Part shown: positions 40,026 through 49,735 of the stretch, in pieces
Numbering within the stretch: the stretch's first letter is position 1
Layout of the letters: every line of letters begins with the position of its first letter
Assembly: GCA_019058295.1 (NCBI GenBank)
Contig: JAHPZI010000022.1
Coordinates: 197,183-261,182, forward strand
Direction of reading: 5' to 3'
Origin: Promethearchaeota archaeon
GTDB lineage: Archaea > Asgardarchaeota > Lokiarchaeia > Sigyniarchaeales > SOKP01
Length of the DNA stretch: 64,000 nt
The notes under the pieces: generated by a model
Told to the model about the DNA's origin: nothing
The model's database searches: none
The model's input: only the letters and a program-made list of their open reading frames with translations
Translations under genes and position numbers: made by a program

Positions 40026-41663
40026 ATGCAGACTAAGATTTTAATAAGATCAGAAATCATTGAAAAATTAAAAGAAATTTTACATGGTGAACAGTACGTT
40101 TCATCTGATATCGAAGTTCGGTCAAATTATAGTCGGGATATGACCGAACAAGTTGCTCCAGGCCTAACTGATGTAGTTGTTTTACCAGAGAATAGGGAGC
40201 AAGTTCAACAAATCGTTCTCTTAGCCAATAGAGAGAAGATTCCGATAATTCCTTATGTAGCAGGGGCAAATATTGGAGGTTTAACATTACCAACTGAAAG
40301 AGGTGGTATAACAATTGATTTTAAGCGAATGAGACGAGTTATCAAGATTGATCGCGAAAATAAATATATTGTTGTGGAGCCAGGATTCACATTTGGTGAT
40401 CTAAGAAGATTATTTGATACTGAAATTCCGGAATTTCGATATTCTTTTCCTTTTTCACCTCCCTATACCTCAGTGGGTATAAACGCTTTATTACATGGTC
40501 TAGGCTCTTTGAGCGTGTTATATGGTTCAGCAGATAATTTTATAAATGGCTTGGAAGTTGTTCTTCCAACAGGGGAGATTGCCCAATTAGGAAATCATGC
40601 TATTAATCGTGGTGAATATTGGTACGGAAGGAGCCCATTACCAGATTTGTGCGGATTATTTATCGGCATGCAAGGAACAACTGGTATAGCCACTAAAATA
40701 TCTTTACAACTATTAGATAGACCAGAGATCCTAACTCATTTTGCCATCTTACCAAAGGATCCTTTAGATTTTTTTGGAGATTGGGTTCATGATTTAGATA
40801 AACTTCACATTTGTGATGAAATTGGTTGTGGATATTTCCCACCAAAAGTAGCTCATGGTTTATTACCTCAAGATATGATTGATCTAATGGCAAAATTAAT
40901 GTTCATGTTATCAAAGGGTAGAAATACTAAGATAATGAAAAAATTATGGGCATTTATTAAGAAATTGCCCGGAAAACCTTTTTGGTATGTAAAGAAATTT
41001 TCTCCAATATTAGCAAGAAAATTACCTCCTGAAGATGAACCTTTCTTAATAGTTGGGGCAACTATAGGAGCAAATAATAAAAAACTATTTAAAGCAAAAG
41101 TGAAGACTTTAAAGAAGTTTATGAAGAAAAAAGAAGCTTTAATGATACGCCCTGATGATTTTGGAGAGTTAAAACCTGCTATGATGTCAATCTTAGATTT
41201 ACCTGCCCAATTACCTGCATTTTTTGATTTAAAAGGAGGAGGATTAACTTGGGTGGGTAGTTATGTTCCACCTAGTCGTGTTGCTGAAGGAGTGGAGCGA
41301 TGTAAAGAGATAATAATGCAGAATGGACTTTTTCCTATTGGAGTGTTAAGACCTATGAAAGCAGATCATTATTTCGTTCTTAGATTCATTATTTCATATA
41401 ATTCTATCGATAAGGAAGAAATTGAGCGCGTGAAAAAAACTCTTAGAGGAATTTGTGAGGTTGTTTTAGATATTGGAGGTGTGCCATATAAAATGGCTCC
41501 ATGGGCCGCTAAGTTGACCTGGGAAAAAGGTGATATTTCTTTTTATAAATTATTAAAAAAAGTAAAAGATATGATGGATCCAAATAATATAATGAATCCT
41601 GGTAAACTATTTGTTCTAAATGAAGATGAAATAAAAAGAAAAGAAGCGGAGGAGACGCAGTAA
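40026..41663 (+). CDS. FAD-linked oxidoreductase (FAD_binding_4)
   Basis: VVLPEN..QVQ, AGANIGG, VEPG.T, GLEVVLPTGE, QGTTGI.TK, DPNNIMNPGK. Confidence 0.9.
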   Translation: MQTKILIRSEIIEKLKEILHGEQYVSSDIEVRSNYSRDMTEQVAPGLTDVVVLPENREQVQQIVLLANREKIPIIPYVAGANIGGLTLPTERGGITIDFKRMRRVIKIDRENKYIVVEPGFTFGDLRRLFDTEIPEFRYSFPFSPPYTSVGINALLHGLGSLSVLYGSADNFINGLEVVLPTGEIAQLGNHAINRGEYWYGRSPLPDLCGLFIGMQGTTGIATKISLQLLDRPEILTHFAILPKDPLDFFGDWVHDLDKLHICDEIGCGYFPPKVAHGLLPQDMIDLMAKLMFMLSKGRNTKIMKKLWAFIKKLPGKPFWYVKKFSPILARKLPPEDEPFLIVGATIGANNKKLFKAKVKTLKKFMKKKEALMIRPDDFGELKPAMMSILDLPAQLPAFFDLKGGGLTWVGSYVPPSRVAEGVERCKEIIMQNGLFPIGVLRPMKADHYFVLRFIISYNSIDKEEIERVKKTLRGICEVVLDIGGVPYKMAPWAAKLTWEKGDISFYKLLKKVKDMMDPNNIMNPGKLFVLNEDEIKRKEAEETQ

Positions 41664-42821
41664 GTGGGCTTAGAAGATGTGAAAGAATGGCTTCATTACT
41701 GTGGAAGGTGTAATTCTTGCAATTATATTTATCGTGATTATAGGAATTCATGTCCTGCCTTTACAAAATTCTTTTTTGAACCATTTACGAGTAGTGGAAA
41801 AATATGGATGGCACTTGATCTATACCAAGGGAAATATGATTGGAGTCCATCAATAGTAGAAAAGATTTTTAGTTGTACTTTATGCGGAAATTGTACGGTT
41901 CAATGCCAACAAGAGGCAGGAAAACACGCGTTGGAGATATTTGAAGCGTTAAGAGAAGAGGCTGTGGAGAGAGGATTAGGTCCTTTAGAAGCGCAAAAAA
42001 AAATTTTAGAATATATCAATGAAGTTGACAATCCATATGGCGACCCTAATGAAAACCGATTTAAATCAGTGCCAGAAGAATATTTTAATGATGACGCAGA
42101 TGTGATTTATTATGTTGGCTGTACATCAGCTTTTCGAGAAACGCAATTATTTGAAGCTGTCATACCCATTTTGCAGAAATTAGGCGTAAATTTCTCATTA
42201 TTAAAGGAAGAAGTCTGTTGCGGTAGCCCATTAATAACTACAGGTCAATTTAAAGCGGCAAGAAGATTAGCTGAGCACAATGTAAAGATCATTAATGAGC
42301 ATAAAGCAAAAACAGTTATTGCTTCATGTGCAGGTTGCTTAAGGACTTTAAAAGCTCAATATGAAAAGAAGTATGGTTTAAAAATTGATAAAGAAGTCTT
42401 ACATCTAAGCGAATTTTTAGCAAGAAAGCTGAGGGCACTTAAAAAATTGTATAAAGGAAAGAAAAAGCCAATTGAAATTGCAACTTATCATGATCCATGT
42501 CATATAGGACGACATGTAGGAATTTTTGAAGAACCAAGAAAAGTGTTAAATTCCATTCCTGGAATAGAATTTGTTGAAATAGGTCGAAATAGGGATAATG
42601 CATGGTGTTGTGGTGCAGGTGCAGGAGTGAAGATTGGCTTAAAAGAATGGGCTGTTGAAATATCAGAGGACAGAATTAAAGAAGCTGAGGAAACAGGTGC
42701 AAAATATTTAGTTTCAACATGTCCCTTTTGCGAACGTAATTTACGAGATGCACGAGATGCGTTAAATTCTTCATTAGAAATAATAGACTTATGCCAATTG
42801 ATACGTAAAAAGTTAGAATAA
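41664..42821 (+). CDS. Fe-S oxidoreductase, GlcF/HdrD-like
   Basis: CGRCNSC, CTLCGNC...C and two CCG domains. Abuts the upstream stop. Confidence 0.92.
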   Translation: MGLEDVKEWLHYCGRCNSCNYIYRDYRNSCPAFTKFFFEPFTSSGKIWMALDLYQGKYDWSPSIVEKIFSCTLCGNCTVQCQQEAGKHALEIFEALREEAVERGLGPLEAQKKILEYINEVDNPYGDPNENRFKSVPEEYFNDDADVIYYVGCTSAFRETQLFEAVIPILQKLGVNFSLLKEEVCCGSPLITTGQFKAARRLAEHNVKIINEHKAKTVIASCAGCLRTLKAQYEKKYGLKIDKEVLHLSEFLARKLRALKKLYKGKKKPIEIATYHDPCHIGRHVGIFEEPRKVLNSIPGIEFVEIGRNRDNAWCCGAGAGVKIGLKEWAVEISEDRIKEAEETGAKYLVSTCPFCERNLRDARDALNSSLEIIDLCQLIRKKLE

Positions 42822-43098
42822 CATAGTTTCTATCTAAATTTTTTTTAATTAACCAAAAATGAGTAGATAAGATCTTAGATTTTATCATCTTGTCATATTG
42901 AATCCTTCATAGAAAACTTTATTCAAAATTATTATCATTAATTTTAGGATTAATTTTAATTTAAGGGCAGATATCAACGAAACATACAATAAATTAACGC
43001 TTTTAAAGAGGTTTTTGCAAATTCCAAAATTGTTAAATATGGTGAAACAAATTTTCAATTAGTTTTAAACTTTAAAAAAATTAGAAAATGGTTTTAAA

Positions 43099-43698
43099 AT
43101 GTCAGAAACTGAAGAAAAAGAGAGTGTTGTGTCAAAAAGATCTCGATTAACATTACAAATTGTTGGAGGAGCCATTTTTGGAGCATTATCACTTGTTCTT
43201 TCATTTCTAGCTGCGTTTTTACCGAGAACGCCCGAAGGACTTGCCTATTTTGACCCGGTATCTATTATTTGGGTTATATGTTATCTAATATTCGGTCCTT
43301 TAGCAGGATTAATAAGTGCTGTAATTGGTATGCTCTTGCTAATGCCTTTTGACCCCTTTGCACCCATCGGTCCATTAATGAAATTTACAGCGACCGTCGC
43401 ATTAATACTTCCAAGCTATCTGTTAATGAAATATGTTAAAAAAGATGTTAGTAGTGGAACTTTGAAAGAACCAAAAACTTATGCGACTTACGGTGTAATC
43501 GGGATAATTGTTAGAATTGGAGTAATGGTACCTTTTAACATTGTAGTATATATTGCGCTTGGATATCCTCCTCAGTTTTTAGGAGCTTATCTTATTATAG
43601 TAGTTTTAATTAACGCCCTTCAAAGCGTATGGGATCTCGTAATTCCATATTTGATTGTTTACGGAGCAAAAATAGACGAAAAATTCGAGATTTGGTAA
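43099..43698 (+). CDS. ECF transporter S component
   Basis: About six TM helices with FDP........FGP..G pattern. Confidence 0.75.
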   Translation: MSETEEKESVVSKRSRLTLQIVGGAIFGALSLVLSFLAAFLPRTPEGLAYFDPVSIIWVICYLIFGPLAGLISAVIGMLLLMPFDPFAPIGPLMKFTATVALILPSYLLMKYVKKDVSSGTLKEPKTYATYGVIGIIVRIGVMVPFNIVVYIALGYPPQFLGAYLIIVVLINALQSVWDLVIPYLIVYGAKIDEKFEIW

Positions 43699-43709
43699 TA
43701 GATAAATCC

Positions 43710-43727
43710 TTTTTTTTCTTTTTTTTT
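43710..43727 (+). terminator. Oligo-T tract terminator
   Basis: T8-C-T9 after the ECF-S gene. Confidence 0.5.
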
Positions 43728-43806
43728 ATATCAAGAAATTAAACTAAAGATATAGTTTAACTCCAATTTTCAGGTTCTTAATGTTTTTTTATTAAAATAA
43801 GAAAAA

Positions 43807-44376
43807 CTAATCTATTTGAAAAGCTACTTCGTAATTGCCTAAAACTTTTTGAATTAATCTTAAGAACGCTTTTTCAACATTGTCACCATTTTTAGCACTC
43901 GTTTCGATGAAATCAGCAGCGTTAATTTCATTTGCCAAATTTTTTCCATCTTCTTTATTGACATTTCGTTCATCTACTAAATCGTTCTTATTACCAATTA
44001 AAAGATAAACACTATTTTTTAACCCAAAGTAATTTTTAAAATCTTCATACCACTTTGATTTGATATTATTAAACGTAGTTGGTCTGGTTATATCATAAAT
44101 AAATAATGCTCCCACACATCCTTCGAAATAAAATTTTCGATATTTTTGATATTTTTCCTGCCCAGCTATATCCCACAAAATTAAGGAAACTTTCGATTTA
44201 ATTTGTTCGAGAATTACGCTTGTCTTCACTATGGACACGCCAATTGTAGGTTTATAGTCCTCCTCAAACCTTTTTTCCACATATTGATTAATTAAGGATG
44301 TTTTTCCTACAGCGTTATCTCCAAGCAAAACGAACTTAAAAATCCAATGATCAATTTCCTCCATTTTATCTATCAT
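43807..44376 (-). CDS. Rab-like small GTPase (Ras superfamily)
   Basis: G1 GDNAVGKTS, G2 YKPTIG, G3 WDIAGQE, G4 GNKND, G5 ETSAK. Confidence 0.95.
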   Translation of the reverse strand: MIDKMEEIDHWIFKFVLLGDNAVGKTSLINQYVEKRFEEDYKPTIGVSIVKTSVILEQIKSKVSLILWDIAGQEKYQKYRKFYFEGCVGALFIYDITRPTTFNNIKSKWYEDFKNYFGLKNSVYLLIGNKNDLVDERNVNKEDGKNLANEINAADFIETSAKNGDNVEKAFLRLIQKVLGNYEVAFQID

Positions 44377-44557
44377 TCCGCTGATCTCCTTAAGAACTTA
44401 TGTCCAAAAGTAATATCAAATTTTAGATTCTTAACTCCAAATTCAGTTAATACTACCCTAGTTATTAAATCTTAATTTAATTTCTATATTAACTATGTTT
44501 TTTATTCTTATTTATATATTTATTTTGATTTTAATATAAAATTTATAAAATAATACT

Positions 44558-45142
44558 TCAATAAATGTTAAAAATTATATCTTTTAAGGCTCTTTTAGGA
44601 ATATGCATTACACCTTTATTATCTTTCCAATATTTAAAAGATTCTTTATATGGTTCTACAACTGATTCTTCGTCGGGAAAGCCCAAACTTATTACATGAG
44701 TAATTTCATAATAATCAGGAATTTCAAATAGCGTTCTAATTCCTTTTGCATTAATTGATCCCATCCAACACCCTCCTAATCCATATTTTACCGCACCTAA
44801 GAGTATATTCTCAACAGCAGCTCCTATATCATAATCAAAATAGCTTTTCTTTATATTAGTATTTACAAGGATAATAATATAAGCTGTAGGACGCCTATTT
44901 TCTTCTGGAATCCTTTCATCTTGGGGAAGAGAGGCAGCCCATCTTACCAATGGGAATATTTTTTCCCTCATTTCAGGAGTATGTACAATAATATATTCAA
45001 GGCCTTGAATATTACTTGCCGCAGGAGCAACGCGAGCAAAATCAATGATTTTTTTTAAGATTTCATCAGGAATTGTTTTTTGTTTAAATCTACGGATTGT
45101 TCTTCTTTTATAGATAGCATCTTCTATATCCATTTGTTTCAC
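44558..45142 (-). CDS. Nitroreductase family protein
   Basis: RRTIRRF, AP.ASN.Q, D.GAA.ENI.L.A...GLG.CW.G. Confidence 0.9.
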   Translation of the reverse strand: MKQMDIEDAIYKRRTIRRFKQKTIPDEILKKIIDFARVAPAASNIQGLEYIIVHTPEMREKIFPLVRWAASLPQDERIPEENRRPTAYIIILVNTNIKKSYFDYDIGAAVENILLGAVKYGLGGCWMGSINAKGIRTLFEIPDYYEITHVISLGFPDEESVVEPYKESFKYWKDNKGVMHIPKRALKDIIFNIY

Positions 45143-45224
45143 CTAAATTAATACTTTTACTATAGTTTTTTATCTTTAAAAACAATTGCATATCAATTAA
45201 AATGTAAAAATACATAATCATTAT

Positions 45225-46493
45225 TTGATTGAAATGAGCATTTCTAAAGAAATTCAAGCATTTTTATTAAATAATTCCATTGACCGGTTCTTGAGATATG
45301 TCAAAATATGGACTACTTCAGATGAGATTTCAAAAACATTTCCATCTACCAAAAATCAATTTGAATTAGGAAAATTATTAGCTGAGGAGTTGAAAAGCCT
45401 TAATTTAGAAAATATAGTTCATGATAAATTTGGTTTTGTTTACGCCTTTTTACCAGCAAGTAAAGGATTTGAAGAAGTACAAACAATTGGTTTAATAGCC
45501 CATCTAGATACTTCACCGGCCGTAAATGGTAAAGATGTAAAACCAGTTATTCATAAAAATTACAATGGAAGCGATATTAAATTCGCTCAAAATGATGACT
45601 TAACCTTGGCAACTGTAGATTCTCCTCAATTAAAAGAATACATAGGTCTTGATATAATTACATCTCAAGGAGATACTTTACTTGGAGCAGATAATAAAGC
45701 AGGCATTGCTGAGATCATGACAGCTTGTGCTACATGGCAGAAGTTTCCTGAATTGAAACATGGTCCAATAGTGATATGTTTTACACCTGACGAAGAAATT
45801 GGTCGGGGTACAACAAAGATCAATAAAAAAAAGCTCCCCGAAGTGTGCTATACTATGGATGGATCAGAAATGGGACAATTAGAAATTGAATGTTTCGACG
45901 CTTGGGGTGTGGTAATTAAATTTAAAGGGCTCAATGTTCATCCAGGATACGCTAAAGGTTTAATGATAAATGCTATACATATGGCTAGCCGATTTTTAAG
46001 CAACCTTCCAGAAGCAGAATCCCCTGAGAAAACTGAAGAAAGGGAGGGTTTTTATCATCTTTCGTATCTCAAAGGTAATGAAGAAGAAGCATCAGCAGCT
46101 CTAATTGTTAGAGATTTTGAATTGGAGAACAATAAAAAAAGAATGGAATATTTAAAAAGTTTAAAATCTAAGTATGAAGCTCTTTATCCCGGTCTTAAAA
46201 TAGAACTAGCTTTTAAACACCAATATGAAAACATGTTTACATATTTAAAAAAGAAAGAAAAAATTGTTGATTTAGCGAAAAAAGCAATTAAATTAGCCGG
46301 AATAGAAGTTAAAATTCACTCAATCAGAGGTGGAACTGATGGTGCTAAATTATCTTCAAAAGGAATTCCAACTCCAAATATATTTGCAGGGGGTATATTG
46401 TTTCATTCAAGAAAAGAATATATCCCTACACTTGCCTTACAAAAAGCCTCAGAAGTTTTAATTCATTTAGCAAATTTATGGACTAAAGAATAA
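45225..46493 (+). CDS. pepT: Peptidase T (M20B tripeptidase)
   Basis: RFLRYV, AHLDTSP, LLGAD.KAG.AEI, FTPDEEIG, HPGYAK, IRGGTDG, PNIFAG..FHS. Start probably ATG 45234. Confidence 0.95.
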   Translation: MIEMSISKEIQAFLLNNSIDRFLRYVKIWTTSDEISKTFPSTKNQFELGKLLAEELKSLNLENIVHDKFGFVYAFLPASKGFEEVQTIGLIAHLDTSPAVNGKDVKPVIHKNYNGSDIKFAQNDDLTLATVDSPQLKEYIGLDIITSQGDTLLGADNKAGIAEIMTACATWQKFPELKHGPIVICFTPDEEIGRGTTKINKKKLPEVCYTMDGSEMGQLEIECFDAWGVVIKFKGLNVHPGYAKGLMINAIHMASRFLSNLPEAESPEKTEEREGFYHLSYLKGNEEEASAALIVRDFELENNKKRMEYLKSLKSKYEALYPGLKIELAFKHQYENMFTYLKKKEKIVDLAKKAIKLAGIEVKIHSIRGGTDGAKLSSKGIPTPNIFAGGILFHSRKEYIPTLALQKASEVLIHLANLWTKE

Positions 46494-46503
46494 TAACATT
46501 AAT

Positions 46504-47733
46504 TTAATTCTTTTTTTGAATGATTTTAGAAAAATCTGTAGCAATAAACACAATCATACATATAAATAACATTATTGAAATGTATATAAACGCCCATGTA
46601 AACGAAAAGAAATAATAGATTAGACCGAAAATCAAGGACTCAGCTAGCGATATAAGACCGACCGATAAGTAGTAATATCCATAGGCACGCCCTCTTTTAT
46701 TTTTACCCGCTAAGTCAGCAACGTAAGCTCTTGATATAGGATCTACTGATGCCATGTAGAATCCAAACATTATAAAAATTAAAATTATCAATATAAGAGA
46801 ATATGTTGAAACAACTACGGGAAAAGCTAGTAAAATACATGAAATTAATAAGCTTGATAACCCTGTAATAATTACTGGTTTGCGTCCGATTTTATCAGAA
46901 AGCGATCCAGTCATTGGAGAAAAAATAACATAAACGATATTAGAAATTAGATAAAAAAGGGGGATTAAGAAAATATATTCAATTGATACATAATCAGCAG
47001 ATCGGATTATAAGGAATGCAATATCTAAGCTGGCAAATTCGATAACACCAAGAATTATGATTAATTTAATGAAATTCTTATCGATTTTATCGACTCTGGG
47101 AACCCCTGCATATTTAAACATGGTCTCATCCATTTTAGTTGGATCAACATCTTTTACGGTTAATATTAAAATTATGGCACATATGCCAGGAATTATGGAA
47201 AAAAATATTATCTGAGAATAGGACCATGCGATAAATAAAAACAAGAATGCAAGAAGAGACCCTACTACTGCCCCCAATGTATCCATTGCTCTATGAATTC
47301 CGAATGCTTTTCCCTTTTCAATTGCATAATAAGAAATAAGAGTGTCTCTGGAAGAAGTTCTGAGACCTTTACCAAAACGATCAGTAGTCTTTAGTGCTAA
47401 AACATATTCCCAAGATGGACTAAAACCTATAAAGGGTTTAGAAAGATTCGAAATTGTATATCCCGCAACAACAAACGGTTTTCTTTTGTTTATTTTATCG
47501 CTTGTCCACCCAGAAGCACCTTTTAAAATGTTCGAAGCTGCTGTTGTTACACCCGAAATTAATCCTAAAATTAAAACAGTCCCGCCAATAGAAAGAATAA
47601 AAAGTGGCAAGATGCTTTGAATCATCTCACTAGAGACATCAGTAAAAAAAGAGACAAGTCCCATAATAAAAACTGGTACAGAAACTCCGAATATCAATCG
47701 TGGTTCTTTACTAGGTTTTTCTTCTTCTGTCAA
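46504..47733 (-). CDS. MFS transporter
   Basis: About 12 TM, DVSSEM, G..SDK..RKP, DRFGKG.R. Confidence 0.9.
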   Translation of the reverse strand: MTEEEKPSKEPRLIFGVSVPVFIMGLVSFFTDVSSEMIQSILPLFILSIGGTVLILGLISGVTTAASNILKGASGWTSDKINKRKPFVVAGYTISNLSKPFIGFSPSWEYVLALKTTDRFGKGLRTSSRDTLISYYAIEKGKAFGIHRAMDTLGAVVGSLLAFLFLFIAWSYSQIIFFSIIPGICAIILILTVKDVDPTKMDETMFKYAGVPRVDKIDKNFIKLIIILGVIEFASLDIAFLIIRSADYVSIEYIFLIPLFYLISNIVYVIFSPMTGSLSDKIGRKPVIITGLSSLLISCILLAFPVVVSTYSLILIILIFIMFGFYMASVDPISRAYVADLAGKNKRGRAYGYYYLSVGLISLAESLIFGLIYYFFSFTWAFIYISIMLFICMIVFIATDFSKIIQKKN

Positions 47734-47773
47734 AATAAATAAAATAACTTAAGTTTCCTTAGACTTATTAATT

Positions 47774-47800
47774 TATAGGTAAATTTAAATTATTTAATAT
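47774..47800 (+). repeat. 27-bp direct repeat, copy 1 (TATAGGTAAATTTAAATTATTTAATAT), promoter-like
   Basis: Identical to 48994-49020, and contains a BRE/TATA-like GGTAAA-TTTAAAT. Confidence 0.9.
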
Positions 47801-47845
47801 TGTGATGGGAAAGAGTTAAAATAATCCCAAACTAATTATTTTTAC

Positions 47846-48970
47846 ATGGAAAATCAAAAATTTGATGTTATAATCGTTGGTGCTGGACCGGCGGGATCAT
47901 TAGCTGCGAGAAAAACTGCTGAAAAAGGATTAAACGTACTGTTAGTTGAGGATCACAAAGAAATTGGACGCCCTGTACATTGTTCTGGTTGGATTAATGG
48001 TTGTCCATATACAGAAAAACTTATTGAAGAATTTGGTAGAGAGGAAATAATTACTCCCGTCGACCGTTGGCGCGTGTGGACTCCTAGTGGAGAGTTTGCT
48101 TATGAATTTAAATTTAATGGCGGTTATTTCGTCGACAGAGTAAGACTTGACCAATTCCTTGCTATAAAAGCTATTCAAGCAGGAGCCAATTTAAGCATTC
48201 GAACAAAAGTGTTAGATTTAATCAAAGAAGATGAGAAAATCCTTGGTGTAATTATCCAAAGAAAAGGAAAAACTGAAAAAATCTTCTCGGATATATTAAT
48301 AGGCTGCGATGGTGCTGGATCTATACCAGCAGGTATTGCTAAAAAGTCAGGGATATTACAGTTTGATAAGAAAAAAGGACGAAAATATTTTCCAGGAATC
48401 CAAATAGAATTTCTTAACATTAAGGATATGGATCCGGGTGTAATAGAAATATTCTTTGGGGCAATATTCGATAAAAATCTAGGAAGTGCATTTGTGTCTC
48501 CACTAAAAGAAGGACAAGGTTTGGTTGGCTTTGGTACTTTTAAAGATTACTTAAATGTGAAGCAGAAACATCCAGTTTTTAAACAACGTCTAAAAAATGC
48601 TCAAGTATTCAGTGTAAGGGGGGGTTTATATGCTGCGTTGATTGGTGAAGCATTAAGAACAGGAACAATGTCTGGTTTAATGTTATGTGGAGATGCTGTT
48701 GGATATCATGGTATTATTCACGCAGCGATTTCTGGTCATATGGCTGCTGATGTTGCTGTGGATGCAATTAATGATTTGGATTTCTCAAAGGAAAAATTAC
48801 AGGCTTATGACCGTACCCGTCGTAGGCATCCAATAACCAGAACAAAGTTGGGTATAAGTTTCCAAAATTTAAATGAAGAAAACCTTAATAGTTTCTTAAA
48901 AGAACAAGGAGAAATAATCAATAAAGATATATTTAAGGGATTAGGAACGTTCGATTATCAATCCAAATAG
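47846..48970 (+). CDS. Geranylgeranyl reductase family FAD oxidoreductase (divergent)
   Basis: DVIIVGAGPAG, IG.PV.C.G, DR..LDQ.L, GCDG, GDA.G. Lacks the canonical YxWxFP motif. Confidence 0.82.
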   Translation: MENQKFDVIIVGAGPAGSLAARKTAEKGLNVLLVEDHKEIGRPVHCSGWINGCPYTEKLIEEFGREEIITPVDRWRVWTPSGEFAYEFKFNGGYFVDRVRLDQFLAIKAIQAGANLSIRTKVLDLIKEDEKILGVIIQRKGKTEKIFSDILIGCDGAGSIPAGIAKKSGILQFDKKKGRKYFPGIQIEFLNIKDMDPGVIEIFFGAIFDKNLGSAFVSPLKEGQGLVGFGTFKDYLNVKQKHPVFKQRLKNAQVFSVRGGLYAALIGEALRTGTMSGLMLCGDAVGYHGIIHAAISGHMAADVAVDAINDLDFSKEKLQAYDRTRRRHPITRTKLGISFQNLNEENLNSFLKEQGEIINKDIFKGLGTFDYQSK

Positions 48971-48993
48971 ATTTATATTTCTTGAAAGCAATA

Positions 48994-49020
48994 TATAGGT
49001 AAATTTAAATTATTTAATAT
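48994..49020 (+). repeat. 27-bp direct repeat, copy 2
   Basis: Identical to 47774-47800. Confidence 0.9.
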
Positions 49021-49031
49021 CAAAATATAAA

Positions 49032-49673
49032 TTGATTTCAATGTCAGGAGAAAAAGATACATTAAAAATTATTGATGAGACGATTAATGCTGTTCAAGGA
49101 ATTCCAAACATTTTAGAGACAGCAAAAAAGGAATTAATGAATATAAAAAATGATAAGGAGAAATTAGAAAGTGAGAAAACTCAATTAGAAAGAGAAAAAA
49201 CTCAATTAGAACTCGATAAAAAAAAATTAGAAGCCGAAACTAAACAATTAGAAAAGGATAAACAAGAAAGGGATCAGAAAATAGGACAAATGACTGAAGA
49301 ACAGATGAGATTACTCGATGAATACGCAAAGGTGAAAGAAGAATTAAAAAAGTTTGCGAAAATTGCTGCGGAAATGGAAGAACATGAATTAAGTTTTGAT
49401 AGAATTCAAGCCTTATTATCAATTTATTCTGTCTTATTAGAGAAAATCTTCCAGGGGCAACCTCATTTTCGCATCTTATACGTCCTTCACGGTCAAAAGG
49501 AAGAAATGACAAGAGATGAAATAAAAAACACGACCGGAATTCAAGGAGCCATGGTTTTAAGGGCCGTCCAAGAATTAGATAGAGTTGATCTTGTCGAATA
49601 TGATATGGATACGAGTAAGGCAAAACTTAAGAAAAGATTATTTCCAAAACCAGTAGAAGAAGTTCAAAAATAA
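49032..49673 (+). CDS. Hypothetical protein: long coiled coil plus C-terminal winged helix
   Basis: Heptads EKTQLER/EKTQLEL/DKKKLEA, C-terminal HFRILYVL...MTRDEI...G.....RAVQEL....LVEY wHTH pattern. Start likely ATG 49041. Confidence 0.75.
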   Translation: MISMSGEKDTLKIIDETINAVQGIPNILETAKKELMNIKNDKEKLESEKTQLEREKTQLELDKKKLEAETKQLEKDKQERDQKIGQMTEEQMRLLDEYAKVKEELKKFAKIAAEMEEHELSFDRIQALLSIYSVLLEKIFQGQPHFRILYVLHGQKEEMTRDEIKNTTGIQGAMVLRAVQELDRVDLVEYDMDTSKAKLKKRLFPKPVEEVQK

Positions 49674-49735
49674 TTGCCTTTTCTTCTTTTTTTATTTATT
49701 TTTGTTAGAAAGATTTTAAATAAATAAGTGATAAT

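Noticed and set aside
42822-43098. Riboswitch (FMN-like AGGGCAG) upstream of the ECF S component
   Set aside because: Only a 7-nt match; the region is too AT-rich and lacks the other conserved FMN/TPP/cobalamin elements.
44373-44471. 32-codon open frame ending in an ATGA overlap with the Rab-like gene
   Set aside because: No start codon and no recognisable homology; could be a remnant but unsupported.
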